64,000 nucleotides of DNA from a virus, in the IMG/VR virus record IMGVR_UViG_3300047160_007109, positions 12,925-76,924 of that record; one strand, given 5' to 3'. The translations under genes were made by a program, and so were the position numbers. The notes under the pieces were generated by a model. It did no database searches and had not been told where the DNA came from. It was given only the letters and a program-made list of their open reading frames with translations. This document shows, one piece after another, positions 17,830 through 28,300 of the stretch (position 1 is its first letter; every line of letters starts with the position of its first letter).

Positions 17830-18080
17830 GGCGCGGATGGTACGTCAGGAGCCGCCGGAGCGGGCGGACTCCCCGACTCGGCTGGAGCGGCCGCCTGGTT
17901 CATCTGGACGTGCGCCGTCGAGAGCGCGTTCTGGAGGCGGACGATCTCCTGCTCCCGGGCGTGGAGCGTCATCTGGAGCGCGACGATCTCGTCCTCCTTC
18001 TCGACGAGCCGCCGCCGGTAGACCTCCAGCGCGACGTCGACGCCGACTTCCGTCGGGCTCGGGACGGACGGCTGGCTCAC
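17826..18080 (-). CDS. Coiled-coil protein, possible tail fibre assembly factor
   Basis: Heptad pattern; follows tail spike gene. Confidence 0.55.
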   Translation of the reverse strand: MSQPSVPSPTEVGVDVALEVYRRRLVEKEDEIVALQMTLHAREQEIVRLQNALSTAHVQMNQAAAPAESGSPPAPAAPDVPSAP

Positions 18081-20149
18081 GAGAACACTCCGATGATCCG
18101 CATGGCAATCTCCCCGTTGTCTGGGCCGGAGTAGGCCGAGAGGTTCTGCGTAGCGCCCTGGCACCACCACGTCATTTTCCAGGTGTAGCTCGTCCCGCCC
18201 GTCAGGCCGGAGACCCGGACCCGCCCGTAGACCGGCACGAACGAGGTCGCCCAGTTCGTCCCGAAGTCGGGACCGGCGAAGTGGGAGTTGGTGACGTCGA
18301 CGTTGCTGTTGTCGCGGCAGCCGAGGAAGATGTTGCCGCCTGCCGACGCGTTCAGCCGGACCATGTACTCGATGAGGACGATCCCCGAGAGCGGAGCCGT
18401 GAACGTGACGATCAGGTTGGTGGCGTCCATGTCGGCGACCGCCGTCGCGTTCGCCGCCCGCGTGTACGTCGCGATGTTCGTGCCGGAGCGGACGCGCGCC
18501 TCGGCGATCTGGGCGTAGATCGGCTTGTTGTCGACGAGGACGGAGACCGCGCCGTACGAGCCGTTGTAGACCGTGACTGGCGACCCGCCGATGTGCGCGC
18601 CGAGCGCGCCGGAGAGGTTCACGGCCCCGGCCGTGTTGAGCGAGATCAGGCCCTTGTCGCTCGTCGTCGTCGCGTTCCCGATCACGGAGATGTACGACGT
18701 CGCCGACGGAGGAGTCGTCGGGCTCATGTTGTCGGCGAGGAGCATCACCCGCGGCATATCCGTGTTGTTCGACGGACTCTGCGTCAGGTCCGCGTACAGG
18801 CCGCCCGCGTCGTAGTCGTTCTGCTCCATGAGCACGATCGGCTGCCCGGCAGGAGCGCCGATTTGGACCCGACTCCCGAAGCTGGCCGTCTGCATCGAGC
18901 CGATCAGGCGCGACGCCGGGACGAACTCGACGTGGTCGATGTTGTGCGTCTCGGAAACGGCTCCGACGTCGAGCCACGAAAGTTGGACCTGAGCGAACGC
19001 CGCCGTCGCCGGAGCGACGATCGTCGAGCCGCCGACCGCGACCCACTGGCCCTGGATCTCGTAGACATTGATCGACAGGCCCCCGGCGAGCGACGCCATC
19101 GACGCGTCGAACCACGTGATCGTGAACAGGAGCCGCCGCTGGAGGCCGGTCCCGGCGTTGCTGCGGACGTAGACGACCGTGTTGTACGCCTGGTTCGGCT
19201 GGACCGGGAACGCGTCGGACGTGACGATCGGGACGGGAGACCCGACGGTGAACGTGACCTTCATCGAGGCCGTCCCGAACGGCGTGAACGTCGACGTGTC
19301 CCGGGCGATCGTCCCGTTCGCGTTGACGGTCCAGTTGAGGACGTTCGTCTCGAACTCGCCGTTCGGGACGATGTTCGCGCCCTCGACCGTCGTCACCTGC
19401 GAGGCGCGTAGCTGCCCGCGGACGACGACGTTGTTGAACTCGGCGGAGCCGTCCGCGTTGATCGCCCAGCCAGCCGAGCCGGGCACGTACGACGTCGACT
19501 GGATGAAGCGGCCGACGGCGAGGTTGAGCGCCGTCAGTTCGTTGCCGGTGATCGCCGCGATGACCGTCACGGCGACCGTCGGCGACCAGGCTCCTTCCTG
19601 CCCGGTGTACGTGACGCCCTGGACCCGGACGTAATAGACGGTCCCAGACGGCCCAGTCGTGAGCCCGGTGAACACGACTTGCGTCGTCGCCGTGTCGTGC
19701 TCGTTGAAGTTCAGGGTGACGAACGCCGGGTCCGTGTCGATCTGGACCCGGTAGTAGCCCTTGTTGTCCCGGACGGCGGAGACGTCCAGCGGGTCCCAGG
19801 AGACCGTCACCGACCCGATCCCCGGATCAGCGGTCAGGTTCGTGACGACGGGAGGAGCCGCGTTCGTGACCTGCCCGGCGGCCGGGAGCGCGACCGGAGT
19901 GATCCCGCCGATGAGGAGCATGTTCTGGCCGACCTCAGGCGCAGAGTGCGCCGTCCCCCCGACGATCGGGACGCCCGAGACGATCGTCTGCTTGTCGGTC
20001 TGGGAGAGGGCGACGTCGACCGTCCCGGCGTACTCCGAGACGTTGACGACCTTCGCGACGAGCGGGACGGACCCGAGCGTGATCCGCTGATCCTGCGCGT
20101 CGAGACGACGGTGGAGCGTGTCGAGGAGCGTCTGGAGCGCCGTACTCAC
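18077..20149 (-). CDS. Minor tail/receptor-binding protein (OB-like N-terminus, FN3, CBM4/9-like)
   Basis: FN3 VTVSWD...YYVRVQG...GAWS; GWAINADGSAEFNNVVVRG; NIVPNGEFE. Confidence 0.75.
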   Translation of the reverse strand: MSTALQTLLDTLHRRLDAQDQRITLGSVPLVAKVVNVSEYAGTVDVALSQTDKQTIVSGVPIVGGTAHSAPEVGQNMLLIGGITPVALPAAGQVTNAAPPVVTNLTADPGIGSVTVSWDPLDVSAVRDNKGYYRVQIDTDPAFVTLNFNEHDTATTQVVFTGLTTGPSGTVYYVRVQGVTYTGQEGAWSPTVAVTVIAAITGNELTALNLAVGRFIQSTSYVPGSAGWAINADGSAEFNNVVVRGQLRASQVTTVEGANIVPNGEFETNVLNWTVNANGTIARDTSTFTPFGTASMKVTFTVGSPVPIVTSDAFPVQPNQAYNTVVYVRSNAGTGLQRRLLFTITWFDASMASLAGGLSINVYEIQGQWVAVGGSTIVAPATAAFAQVQLSWLDVGAVSETHNIDHVEFVPASRLIGSMQTASFGSRVQIGAPAGQPIVLMEQNDYDAGGLYADLTQSPSNNTDMPRVMLLADNMSPTTPPSATSYISVIGNATTTSDKGLISLNTAGAVNLSGALGAHIGGSPVTVYNGSYGAVSVLVDNKPIYAQIAEARVRSGTNIATYTRAANATAVADMDATNLIVTFTAPLSGIVLIEYMVRLNASAGGNIFLGCRDNSNVDVTNSHFAGPDFGTNWATSFVPVYGRVRVSGLTGGTSYTWKMTWWCQGATQNLSAYSGPDNGEIAMRIIGVFS

Positions 20150-20913
20150 GGCAGATGGACAGCCGCCCGGCCCGTCGCCGCGTCGACCGGGAACCGTTTG
20201 ACTGGCTGCCCGGCCTCGACCGCTTGGACCTCGACGACGCCGCCGGACGTCGCGACGACCATGTCGACCGTCGCGTCCGGGTTGACGGTCTGCGACTGGA
20301 GCGAGACGACGGGGCCGCCCGTCGGAGGCGGAGCCGCGCCGACCGTGACGGTCGGGACCGCGACGAACCCGGTGTTGCCCGGGTTCGGGACGTTCCCAGG
20401 GTTCCCGGCCGGGACGTTCCAACCGCGGAGCCAGAGGCCGAGATGCGTGTCGCCCGTCGGGTACGTCGTCGACGCCTTCAAGTGGACCTGGATGATGACG
20501 TGGCCCGAGACCGGGTCGGGCGCGGCCTCGCCGATCTTCGTGCCTTGGGGCGTGTCGAGCGTGACCGTCTTGACGTCGAGCGTCGCGTCGGCCGTGATCG
20601 TGAACAGGTCGTAGACGCCGAGGCTGGGTGCGACCTGCACACTCGTCAGCTTGAGCGTCGCCGGAGCCGACGTGAACAGCGCGCCGAACTTCGGGAGGGC
20701 GTCGGGCACGGCGGCGATCGTCCCGGTCTGCGTCGGTGCGGGGAACGAGACCGTGAACTTGCCGGTCGCGTCGGCCGTGTAGGCGGCGAGCTTCGTGACG
20801 CCGTCAGGTGCCGTCAGAGCCCCGGTTTCGCCCGGGAGGCAACCTTGTCCCGCCGCGCTCACAGAACTCCCAGGAGAGGCCGTCGCGGGGCTCAGAACGA
20901 GTGTTCGCGCCAT
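20146..20913 (-). CDS. Ig-like virion protein sharing modules with giant tail protein
   Basis: LRGWNVP and SLQSQTV..SGGVVEV motifs also in 22304-29023. Confidence 0.65.
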   Translation of the reverse strand: MARTLVLSPATASPGSSVSAAGQGCLPGETGALTAPDGVTKLAAYTADATGKFTVSFPAPTQTGTIAAVPDALPKFGALFTSAPATLKLTSVQVAPSLGVYDLFTITADATLDVKTVTLDTPQGTKIGEAAPDPVSGHVIIQVHLKASTTYPTGDTHLGLWLRGWNVPAGNPGNVPNPGNTGFVAVPTVTVGAAPPPTGGPVVSLQSQTVNPDATVDMVVATSGGVVEVQAVEAGQPVKRFPVDAATGRAAVHLP

Positions 20914-21092
20914 CAGCCGTCCTCCACCTCAGGATCCGGCCCGGCAGGACCGTCGGGGACGACGTCGACGGCTTCGGCGGCCGCTTTGTCGCGCCAGGCG
21001 ACGAGCGCCTCCCGCTCACGGTCGCGTTCCTCCTCGGTCCACTCCTCGACCGGGAGTTCGGCGATCTCCTCGATGGGCCTCAGGTCAGCCAT
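20913..21092 (-). CDS. Small acidic hypothetical protein
   Basis: MADLRPIEE, 59 aa. Confidence 0.55.
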   Translation of the reverse strand: MADLRPIEEIAELPVEEWTEEERDREREALVAWRDKAAAEAVDVVPDGPAGPDPEVEDG

Positions 21093-21538
21093 TGAGCAAT
21101 TCCTGTTCCCGGCCACACGACTGTGTAGGTGCCTGATGCCACTCCCGTCGTGCCGCCGAAGTAGTTGAAGCAAATCCCCTTCGAGGAGCGGGTCGTGTCG
21201 TAGACGAGGCAGCCGTAGACGTTGGCGAGCGTCGCCGCGCCGCCCGACGCAGTGTTCGCCGCGTTCCACTGGACGGTCCCCGACGACGGCGTCGTGACGG
21301 AGAGCGAGGCGAGAGCGACGCCGCCCTGCGCCCATTGACCCGCCTGGAACACTTCGTTCGCCGTGACCCACTGGTCGACGTTGTAGACCGTGTTCGCCGC
21401 CGTCACGTCCTTCGACGGAGTCGGCGTGTTGTTGTAGAGCGCCGCTTTGTAGGCGTCGGTGTCGAGGTCGTAGACCTGCGCCGCCGTGAGGATATCCGCC
21501 ATCATCTGGCGGAACACGTTGCTCGCCGTCCAGGCCAT
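21080..21538 (-). CDS. Virion structural protein (beta-rich)
   Basis: YKAALY, GGVAL, YGCLVYD pattern typical of actinophage tail-region proteins. Confidence 0.7.
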   Translation of the reverse strand: MAWTASNVFRQMMADILTAAQVYDLDTDAYKAALYNNTPTPSKDVTAANTVYNVDQWVTANEVFQAGQWAQGGVALASLSVTTPSSGTVQWNAANTASGGAATLANVYGCLVYDTTRSSKGICFNYFGGTTGVASGTYTVVWPGTGIAQWLT

Positions 21539-21981
21539 CAGCCGCTCCCCTCGATGTCGGCGAGGCGAGCCCGCGCCTGCTCAAGCTGCTCGTCGAGCCC
21601 GTCGAGTTCGGCCTCGTGGGCGGCGACGGCAGCGGCGAGTTCATCGGCCTGCGCCCGAGCCCGAGCGACTTTCTCCTCCGCGGCGTCGACCGTCGCGGCG
21701 AGCGCGTCCCGTTCCCGCTCCAGGTACAGGACCTCCTGAGCGGCCTGGTAGCGCGGCCAGTCGGGATCGTCAGCGGAGACCGGAGCCGGAACGGCGACCG
21801 CCGTCGGCGACGCCACGTCAGCGTTCGGGTAGACGTGCGCCTCCCCAGCGGCTTGCGCCGCTTCGGCCGCGCGTTGGCGTTCCTCGTCGACGGCGAGGGC
21901 GATCTTCTCGTCGATGATCGCCTGGAGTTGCTCCTCGGAGAGCGTGACCTGCCCCCGGGCTCGCTGCGGTTCGTCGCTCAC
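21538..21981 (-). CDS. Coiled-coil hypothetical protein
   Basis: Heptad-rich C-terminus. Confidence 0.7.
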   Translation of the reverse strand: MSDEPQRARGQVTLSEEQLQAIIDEKIALAVDEERQRAAEAAQAAGEAHVYPNADVASPTAVAVPAPVSADDPDWPRYQAAQEVLYLERERDALAATVDAAEEKVARARAQADELAAAVAAHEAELDGLDEQLEQARARLADIEGSG

Positions 21982-22307
21982 AGGACCATGACCTCCGGCT
22001 CCGCACGGTATCGGGCCGTCGGGGCGAACACGGCCATGTCCGTCCCGGCGTCGCGCGTGACCCGCACGGCGAACAGCGGCCGCCCGTCGGGGCCGCGCTG
22101 GACGAGGTCGCCGCCGACGTAGTCCTCACGGTCGAGCCGCTCGATCTTGGCTCGGACGCCGTCCTCGACCATCGGGGCCTCAATGCCGCCGAGGCCCGGA
22201 CAGCGGTGGAACTGCGTGTGGGCGTCGGCGCGCAGCGTCAGGTCCGTCGCCGAGCACGCCGGGCAGACCCAATGCCGCTCGACCCGGAGCAGAGGCACGT
22301 CGGTCAC
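21978..22307 (-). CDS. Conserved actinophage hypothetical protein with Zn-binding motif
   Basis: WVCPAC...HRCPGLGG..APMV...REDYVG. Confidence 0.7.
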   Translation of the reverse strand: MTDVPLLRVERHWVCPACSATDLTLRADAHTQFHRCPGLGGIEAPMVEDGVRAKIERLDREDYVGGDLVQRGPDGRPLFAVRVTRDAGTDMAVFAPTARYRAEPEVMVL

Positions 22308-25300
22308 GAGGCGGAGATCCAGCCAGCGGAGCGGGCGTTGGCGATCGCCGTCTGGAGCGCGTTGTAGCCGTAGACCGGGTTGCACGCGCCGTCGCAGATT
22401 GCCCAGTCGCCGTCGTACGAGCCGGTTCCGTTGTCGCGCATCGTGTAGACGAGGACGCCGCCGATGTACTTCGGGCCGGTCGCCGTGTTCCCGTCCCGGT
22501 AGTAGTACGTGTTGTTGTCGAGGCCGACGAACGACTGCCCGGCGTGGCGGGAAACGAGCCCGGCCATCCCGTTCGCCTGCGCGTTGTTGGCGGCCGTGTG
22601 CCGAGCCGAGTTCGTCTCCGTGCACCACAGTTGGAGCGAGTTGTCGCCGTGCGCGGTCATCAGCGCCCGGATCGCGATCAGGTCGCCCGGGTCCTGATGG
22701 TTGTACGTCGAGGCGTACTCGTACGGGTGGTAGCTGATCGCCGAGATGCCGTGCGCCTTGAGCGAGCCGGTGACGTTGTACATCTGCCCGTACCAGGCCT
22801 GCGGAGTCGGCGCGGAGGACGACATCACGTCGCTCTTGGCTCCGACGACGACGTACATCTTCGGGTCGGCCTGGAGGATCGCGGCGGCGATCGGGAGCAT
22901 CACGTTCGCGTAGAGGTCCCCGGTGACGAACTGCGTCCCCCGGGCCGAGTTCGGCAGGTCGGGCTCGTTGATGATCTCGATCGCGTGGAGACCGCCGCCG
23001 TGGGAAGGGCCGTACTTCGCGGCGAACGACGAGGCGACGGACGGCGACGACGACTGGACCTGCGCCATCAGGAGCATCCCCGGGTACTTCTTGACCTCGG
23101 CGACGATCTGGTCGAGGCGGCTCATCACCCAGATGTCGTCGCGCCACCAGCCGTTCTTGCCCGCGCCGACGAGTTGCGCGGTCCGCTGGATCTCCAGTTG
23201 GTAGTTCGAGTCGAACGGCCGAGCGCCGCCCGAGATACCGAACGCCGGGAACGAGTACGCCGCCGCTCCGCCGCCGCCGGACGGAGGCGTGACCGGGTTG
23301 GCGACGAGGTTCTTCATGTCGGTCGCGACCTGCCGGGCAGCCCCGGTGTTGTCCCACCACGTGAAGTTGTTCGAGCCGGTCCCGAAGTACGTCCCGCCGG
23401 GCGTGTGGAAGATCATCTGCTGGACGAGCGGCCGGGTCCCGCCGATGATCAGATTGGCGAGCGCCTGCATCGCGGTCGACTGGCCGGGAGCGCCGTTGTC
23501 GACCGTGTAGCCGACTTCGGTGCAGAGGATCGGGAGCGTCGCGTACTTGCCGCCGAGCGCGGCGAGGGCGGAGACCGAATTGTCGATGCAGGCCTGGGAG
23601 CCGGGGATCGTCCCGGTGGAGGCGTACGCCGTCGGGTACGGGTGGATCGAGATGGCGTCGCACTGCGGGTTCGCGCCCCACGCGGCCGCCCAGCCGTTGA
23701 TGTACGTCTGCGGAGGGGCGAACGTGGTGACGGACCCGGAGGCGACGACCCACGTGACGCCGTGCGCCTTGACCGTCGTGTAGAAGGTCGTCATGAACGC
23801 CGCCGACGCGGCCGGAGTGTTCAGCGTCCCGCCGGAGAACGACGAGACGTCGAACTCGTTGAACATCTCGACCATCGGCTGCTGATTCGCCGGGAGCGGA
23901 TGCGTCCCGCCGACCTTGTACCGGTCGAACAGCGCGTTGCAGACCGCCGCCTGACTCGCGGCGGTCGCTCCGGCGGCGACTCCGGTGAACACGAACAGCG
24001 GCCGGAGCCCGTCGGAGACGACCCGGTCGAGCGTCGCGTCGAGGTCGACCCAGTTCGCCGAGCCGTCGTACGGGACTGGGATGAACGGCGTCGCCGGAGT
24101 CGAGTGGATATCCATCCGGCACCAGCCGAACCCTTCGGCCTTCGCCTGGTCGGCGCAGTACCGGGCGTAGACCCCGCCGGGGAACCCGGTGCCGGAGTAG
24201 CCGACGCCCGACGACGAGAACCCGAACGGTGCGCCCTTCGTCGTGGCGGACGGTCCGCCGCCGGTCCCGCCGGACGGAGGCGGCTGCGGCGGTGCGATCC
24301 CGGGAGGAGTGAACGAGGTCCCGCCGGTCACGGCTGGCGACCGGATGATGAACACCCAGTCGTCCTTGCCGTCGGTGTGGGTCCCGGTCGGAGCGCCGAG
24401 GCTCACGATCCCGCTGTTCGCGATCGGCGAGCGGGAGTCGATGTACGTCGTGTTCGAGACCGGATCCCAGACCTGGATCGACGAGGTCCCCGCGCCTCCG
24501 CCCATCTTCGCCATGTTCACGCCGATGAGGCGACCGTTCTGGCCGCCGGTCGGCATGTAGAGGACGGCCGCGTCGCCGGTCGGTGTGATCGACGCCGTGA
24601 TCCAGTCGTTCCCGGTCGGGTCGCCGGTCGAGAGGTACGTCCCCCGGGACGCGTTGACGCCGGTCCCCTTGAGCGTGACGACGTTACAGACCCAGTTTCC
24701 CGAGGTCGTCTGCGTCGAGGTAGAGGCGACCGCCGTCCCCGAGTTCGGGACCGGCTGGTCGGACAGCGTGTCGCCCTGCGCGCCGACGCCTCCGGCCGTG
24801 AGGATCCGGATGGTCTGCCCAGCCCCAGCGGACGTGACGCCCGTCGACGTGATGACGCCGCCGACGGCGATCTCGTTCGCGGCGGTCGTCGTGACGGTCC
24901 CGGAGGAGACCGCCGTCCCCGTACCGGCCGCTCCGGCGGTCTGGTCGATCGCGCCGGAGAGTTGGACGCCGGTGTAGACGGCGACCCGCAGGTCCGGATA
25001 GACGGCGGCGACGTTGAACGTCGCCGTCACTGTGTTCGCCCCGGCGGCGGACGCCTTCGCGTTGAGCGCGACGTAGATCCGCTGCGAGACGCCGGTCCCG
25101 CGCGTGATTCCCGCGCCGACCGCCGTGTACGTGTTGCCTGCCGAGTCGACGACGGACGTGATCGTCGACGTCGCGTCATTCCAGCCGACGAGAGCGACGA
25201 TGCAGTCGCCGCTCTGGATCGCGGCCGGGATCGCGCACGCCGCCGTCGCGCTCGGGCTCGCCGGAGTCCCCGCGACCGCCTGGTCGTACGTCGGCGGACC

Positions 25301-28300
25301 CATCGGGATGAACGATGCGCCAGCCCCAGCGACGCCGCCGTCCGGGACGAGGTTCTGCCAGGCGATCGTTTGCAGGATCTTCCAGAAGTTCCCGATCTGC
25401 GCCGCCGACGCGCCGTTCGCCGAGCCGAGGTTCCCGCTCGTCCCGTTCGCCTCGCCGTAGCCGGTCTGGGCGAGCCCTCCGGAGGTCACGTTCCAGAACG
25501 CCGCGCGCCGCGAATCGAACGCCGCACCGACCCGATGCGGGGTGACGTTGTAGTCGTAGCCGTTCGTCTGCGTGTCGTACGCCGCCTCCGTCATCCCCGT
25601 CGGTTTCGTCGGCGAAATCGCGTAGCTCCGGAGGACCCGGTCATAGGTCCCGGTGTACGTGTAGTCGCCGCCGAACGCGGAGACGGCGTCGAGCGCGGCG
25701 ACGTCTCGGAGGTTCGACGAGACGAAATTGATCGGCGGCGACCCGGCGAACGGCATGACGCCGCCCGGCTCATAGGAGGTTTCGCCCGTCACGAGATGCT
25801 GGGAGTCGACGCTCTTGATCCCGTTGACGATGTTGAGGACGAGCGCCTGGTCGGTCGCGTTGTTGGGGCTCTCCCAGTCGTTGCCGAAGTACCAGACGAG
25901 GCCGGGGACCGGGTGCGCGCCGCCGGGAGCGTAGTGAGCGCCGAGCGCCGCGCCGTAGGCGTTCATCGCCGCGTTCCCGAGGCGACGCATCCACGGTACG
26001 AGCCAGCCGCCCGTCTCCGCCGGGTTGAGGACGACGAGGAGACCCGCGGCGACGACGATGTCGATGTACGAGTCGACGACCGTGAAATGCGTCGGGTTGA
26101 TCGTCGAGTTGTAGGAGCCGGGAGCCGTCCCCGACGTGAACGGGAGGGTCCCGTCATAGTCGTTGCCGTTCGTCGTCCCGAAGTACGGCGAGGCGAGGAA
26201 CCCCATGTAGATCGCGGTGAATCCCTTGCCCGCCGCGTCCGTGACGAACGCCTGGAACGTCGACGTCGGGGACAGCCCGACGACGCCCTGCGCCGACCGG
26301 TGGAGAATGTGGAATGGCTTCCCCTGGGCGTCGATCAGGTAACGGCCGGACGAGTGGACCGCGAGCGGGAACGGCCCGGCGGGAGGAGGCGTCCCGGCGA
26401 TCGTCACCTGCGTCGTGACGGGCGGCGAAACGGAGCCCGAGCCCGACGCGCCGGTCGTGCCGGTGAGCGTGAACGTGTGCGTACCCGGGGTGAGTCCATT
26501 GACCACGATCGTCGCCGTTCCGTTCGGGGATGGGACAGGAGTCGTGTCGATGTGGATCGCGTCAGCCGCATCGTCGAGGACGACATCGACGACGCCCCCG
26601 GACGAGGTCACGACGAATGTAACGGACGTACCCGAAACGGTCGTGGACTGGAGCGTGATCCGCGGCGTTGCGCCCGACGTGACCGCCGGGTTCTGGACGA
26701 GCGCCTGGACGCGCGCCGTCGTCGCGAGCCCGAGGCCCGACGCGGGCGTCGTCGTCGCGTTGTGAGCGACGGCCTGGCAGACCGCCGTCGTCGGTTTCGC
26801 CTGCCCGGGCACGACCGTTTTGATTGCTGGGCGAGCAGCGGTCGCGGAGACCAGAGCCGTCGCCGGGATCGGCGACTCCGGCTGGGAGGCGACGAAATAC
26901 GGGATGGCGAGCCACGCGGAGGCGACGCCGCCAGTCGAGCCCGACGGGACGTTCCAGCCGCGAATCCACGCCGTGTGCTGCCCGACGCCGACGCCGGTCC
27001 GCGTCAGCGTCACGTTCCCGTTGACGTCCGGCGCGCCCTCGGCGACCTTGTTGCCCTGCGGCTCGTCCCAGGTGACGTCTTTGACGCCGTTCGTCGTCGA
27101 GAGCATCAGGGCGACCGTCGTGCCCGTCACGGAGTACCCGGACAGGCTCACGGACGGAGCCGTCGCGACCGGGAACGGCTGCGTCGGAGTTCCGGTGCCG
27201 AGGTTCGTGACCGTGATCTGCCCGAACGAGACGGACTGCGAGTTGCCGGTCGTGGGCGTCACCGTCACGCGGAGCACGCCGGACGACGGCGTATCGGCTT
27301 GCATCGACGTTCCCCACGTCGTCGGTTCCCCGCCGGACGAGTCCCAGACCCGCGCTTGGAGGTTCACGCCGACGAGTTGGAAGTGGTAGTCGTACGTGTG
27401 GCCCGGCTGGAACGTCAGGCCGACCGGGACGGAGAATGACGTGAACCCGGCGGTCCGGTGGTAGACGACGATTGACCACTGGTTGGCGACCGTGTCGAAG
27501 TTGATTCCGACTGCGTTGTTCGCCGCGGCAGTCGCGGAGGCGTCGTCTCGGGCGAGGACCTCCGCCTGGAACGCGCCGATCGTCCCGGCCGGGAACACGA
27601 TGGAGCCGACGACGTCGACGTCTTGCCAGTTCTGGATCTTGGCGACGCCGCCGAACGAGGACGGCGTCGTCTTCGGCGAGAGCGTGACGCGGCCGAGGCC
27701 GCCGTAGATGTCGGCGATGCCTCCGGTGAACGCGACCGCGCCGAGTTGCGACCAGTACGTCGACCACGGCGGGTTCGGCCAGGGCGTCAGGTCCGCCGTG
27801 CCGAACGCGAGGATCTGCGGCTGATTGACCGGGACTGGCGGAGGAGCGCCGGTTCCGACCGGGACGGGATGGACCGCCGTCGGTTGCTGCGTCTGGTTGA
27901 GGACGGAGCCGACCGCCGTGACGTGCATCAGGTCGCCGTGGGCGAGGGGAAGTTCGATCTTCTGGACGAGCAGGTAATCGTCGAGGCCGATCGGCGTGCG
28001 GATCGCGGCGATCGTGTCGTAGACGTCGAGCGCCGGGTTCGGGGGAGCGTCGAACTCGACCTTGACCGCGTTGCCGAGAATCTTGGCGAGTTGCGCCGCC
28101 GCCATCGCGTCGGCTTGGCCCTGCGTCGCGATGCGCGGCTCGCTGATCGACTTCGCCTTCTCCCCGTACGGGCCGTTGATGTACGTCTCGGACGTCGGGT
28201 CGTTGTCCCAGGCGTACCCGGTGATCCCCTGCGCCGCTGGGTTCGTGCCGACGACGACGACCATGTTCGGGACGGCGTCGGCAGTCAGCGTCCGCTTCGG

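Noticed and set aside
22544-27439. 1631-aa plus-strand ORF (also 31344-33929, 35778-38876 and many other plus-strand ORFs)
   Set aside because: Antisense shadows of real minus-strand genes in high-GC DNA; Arg/Gly/Asp-rich with no domain motifs
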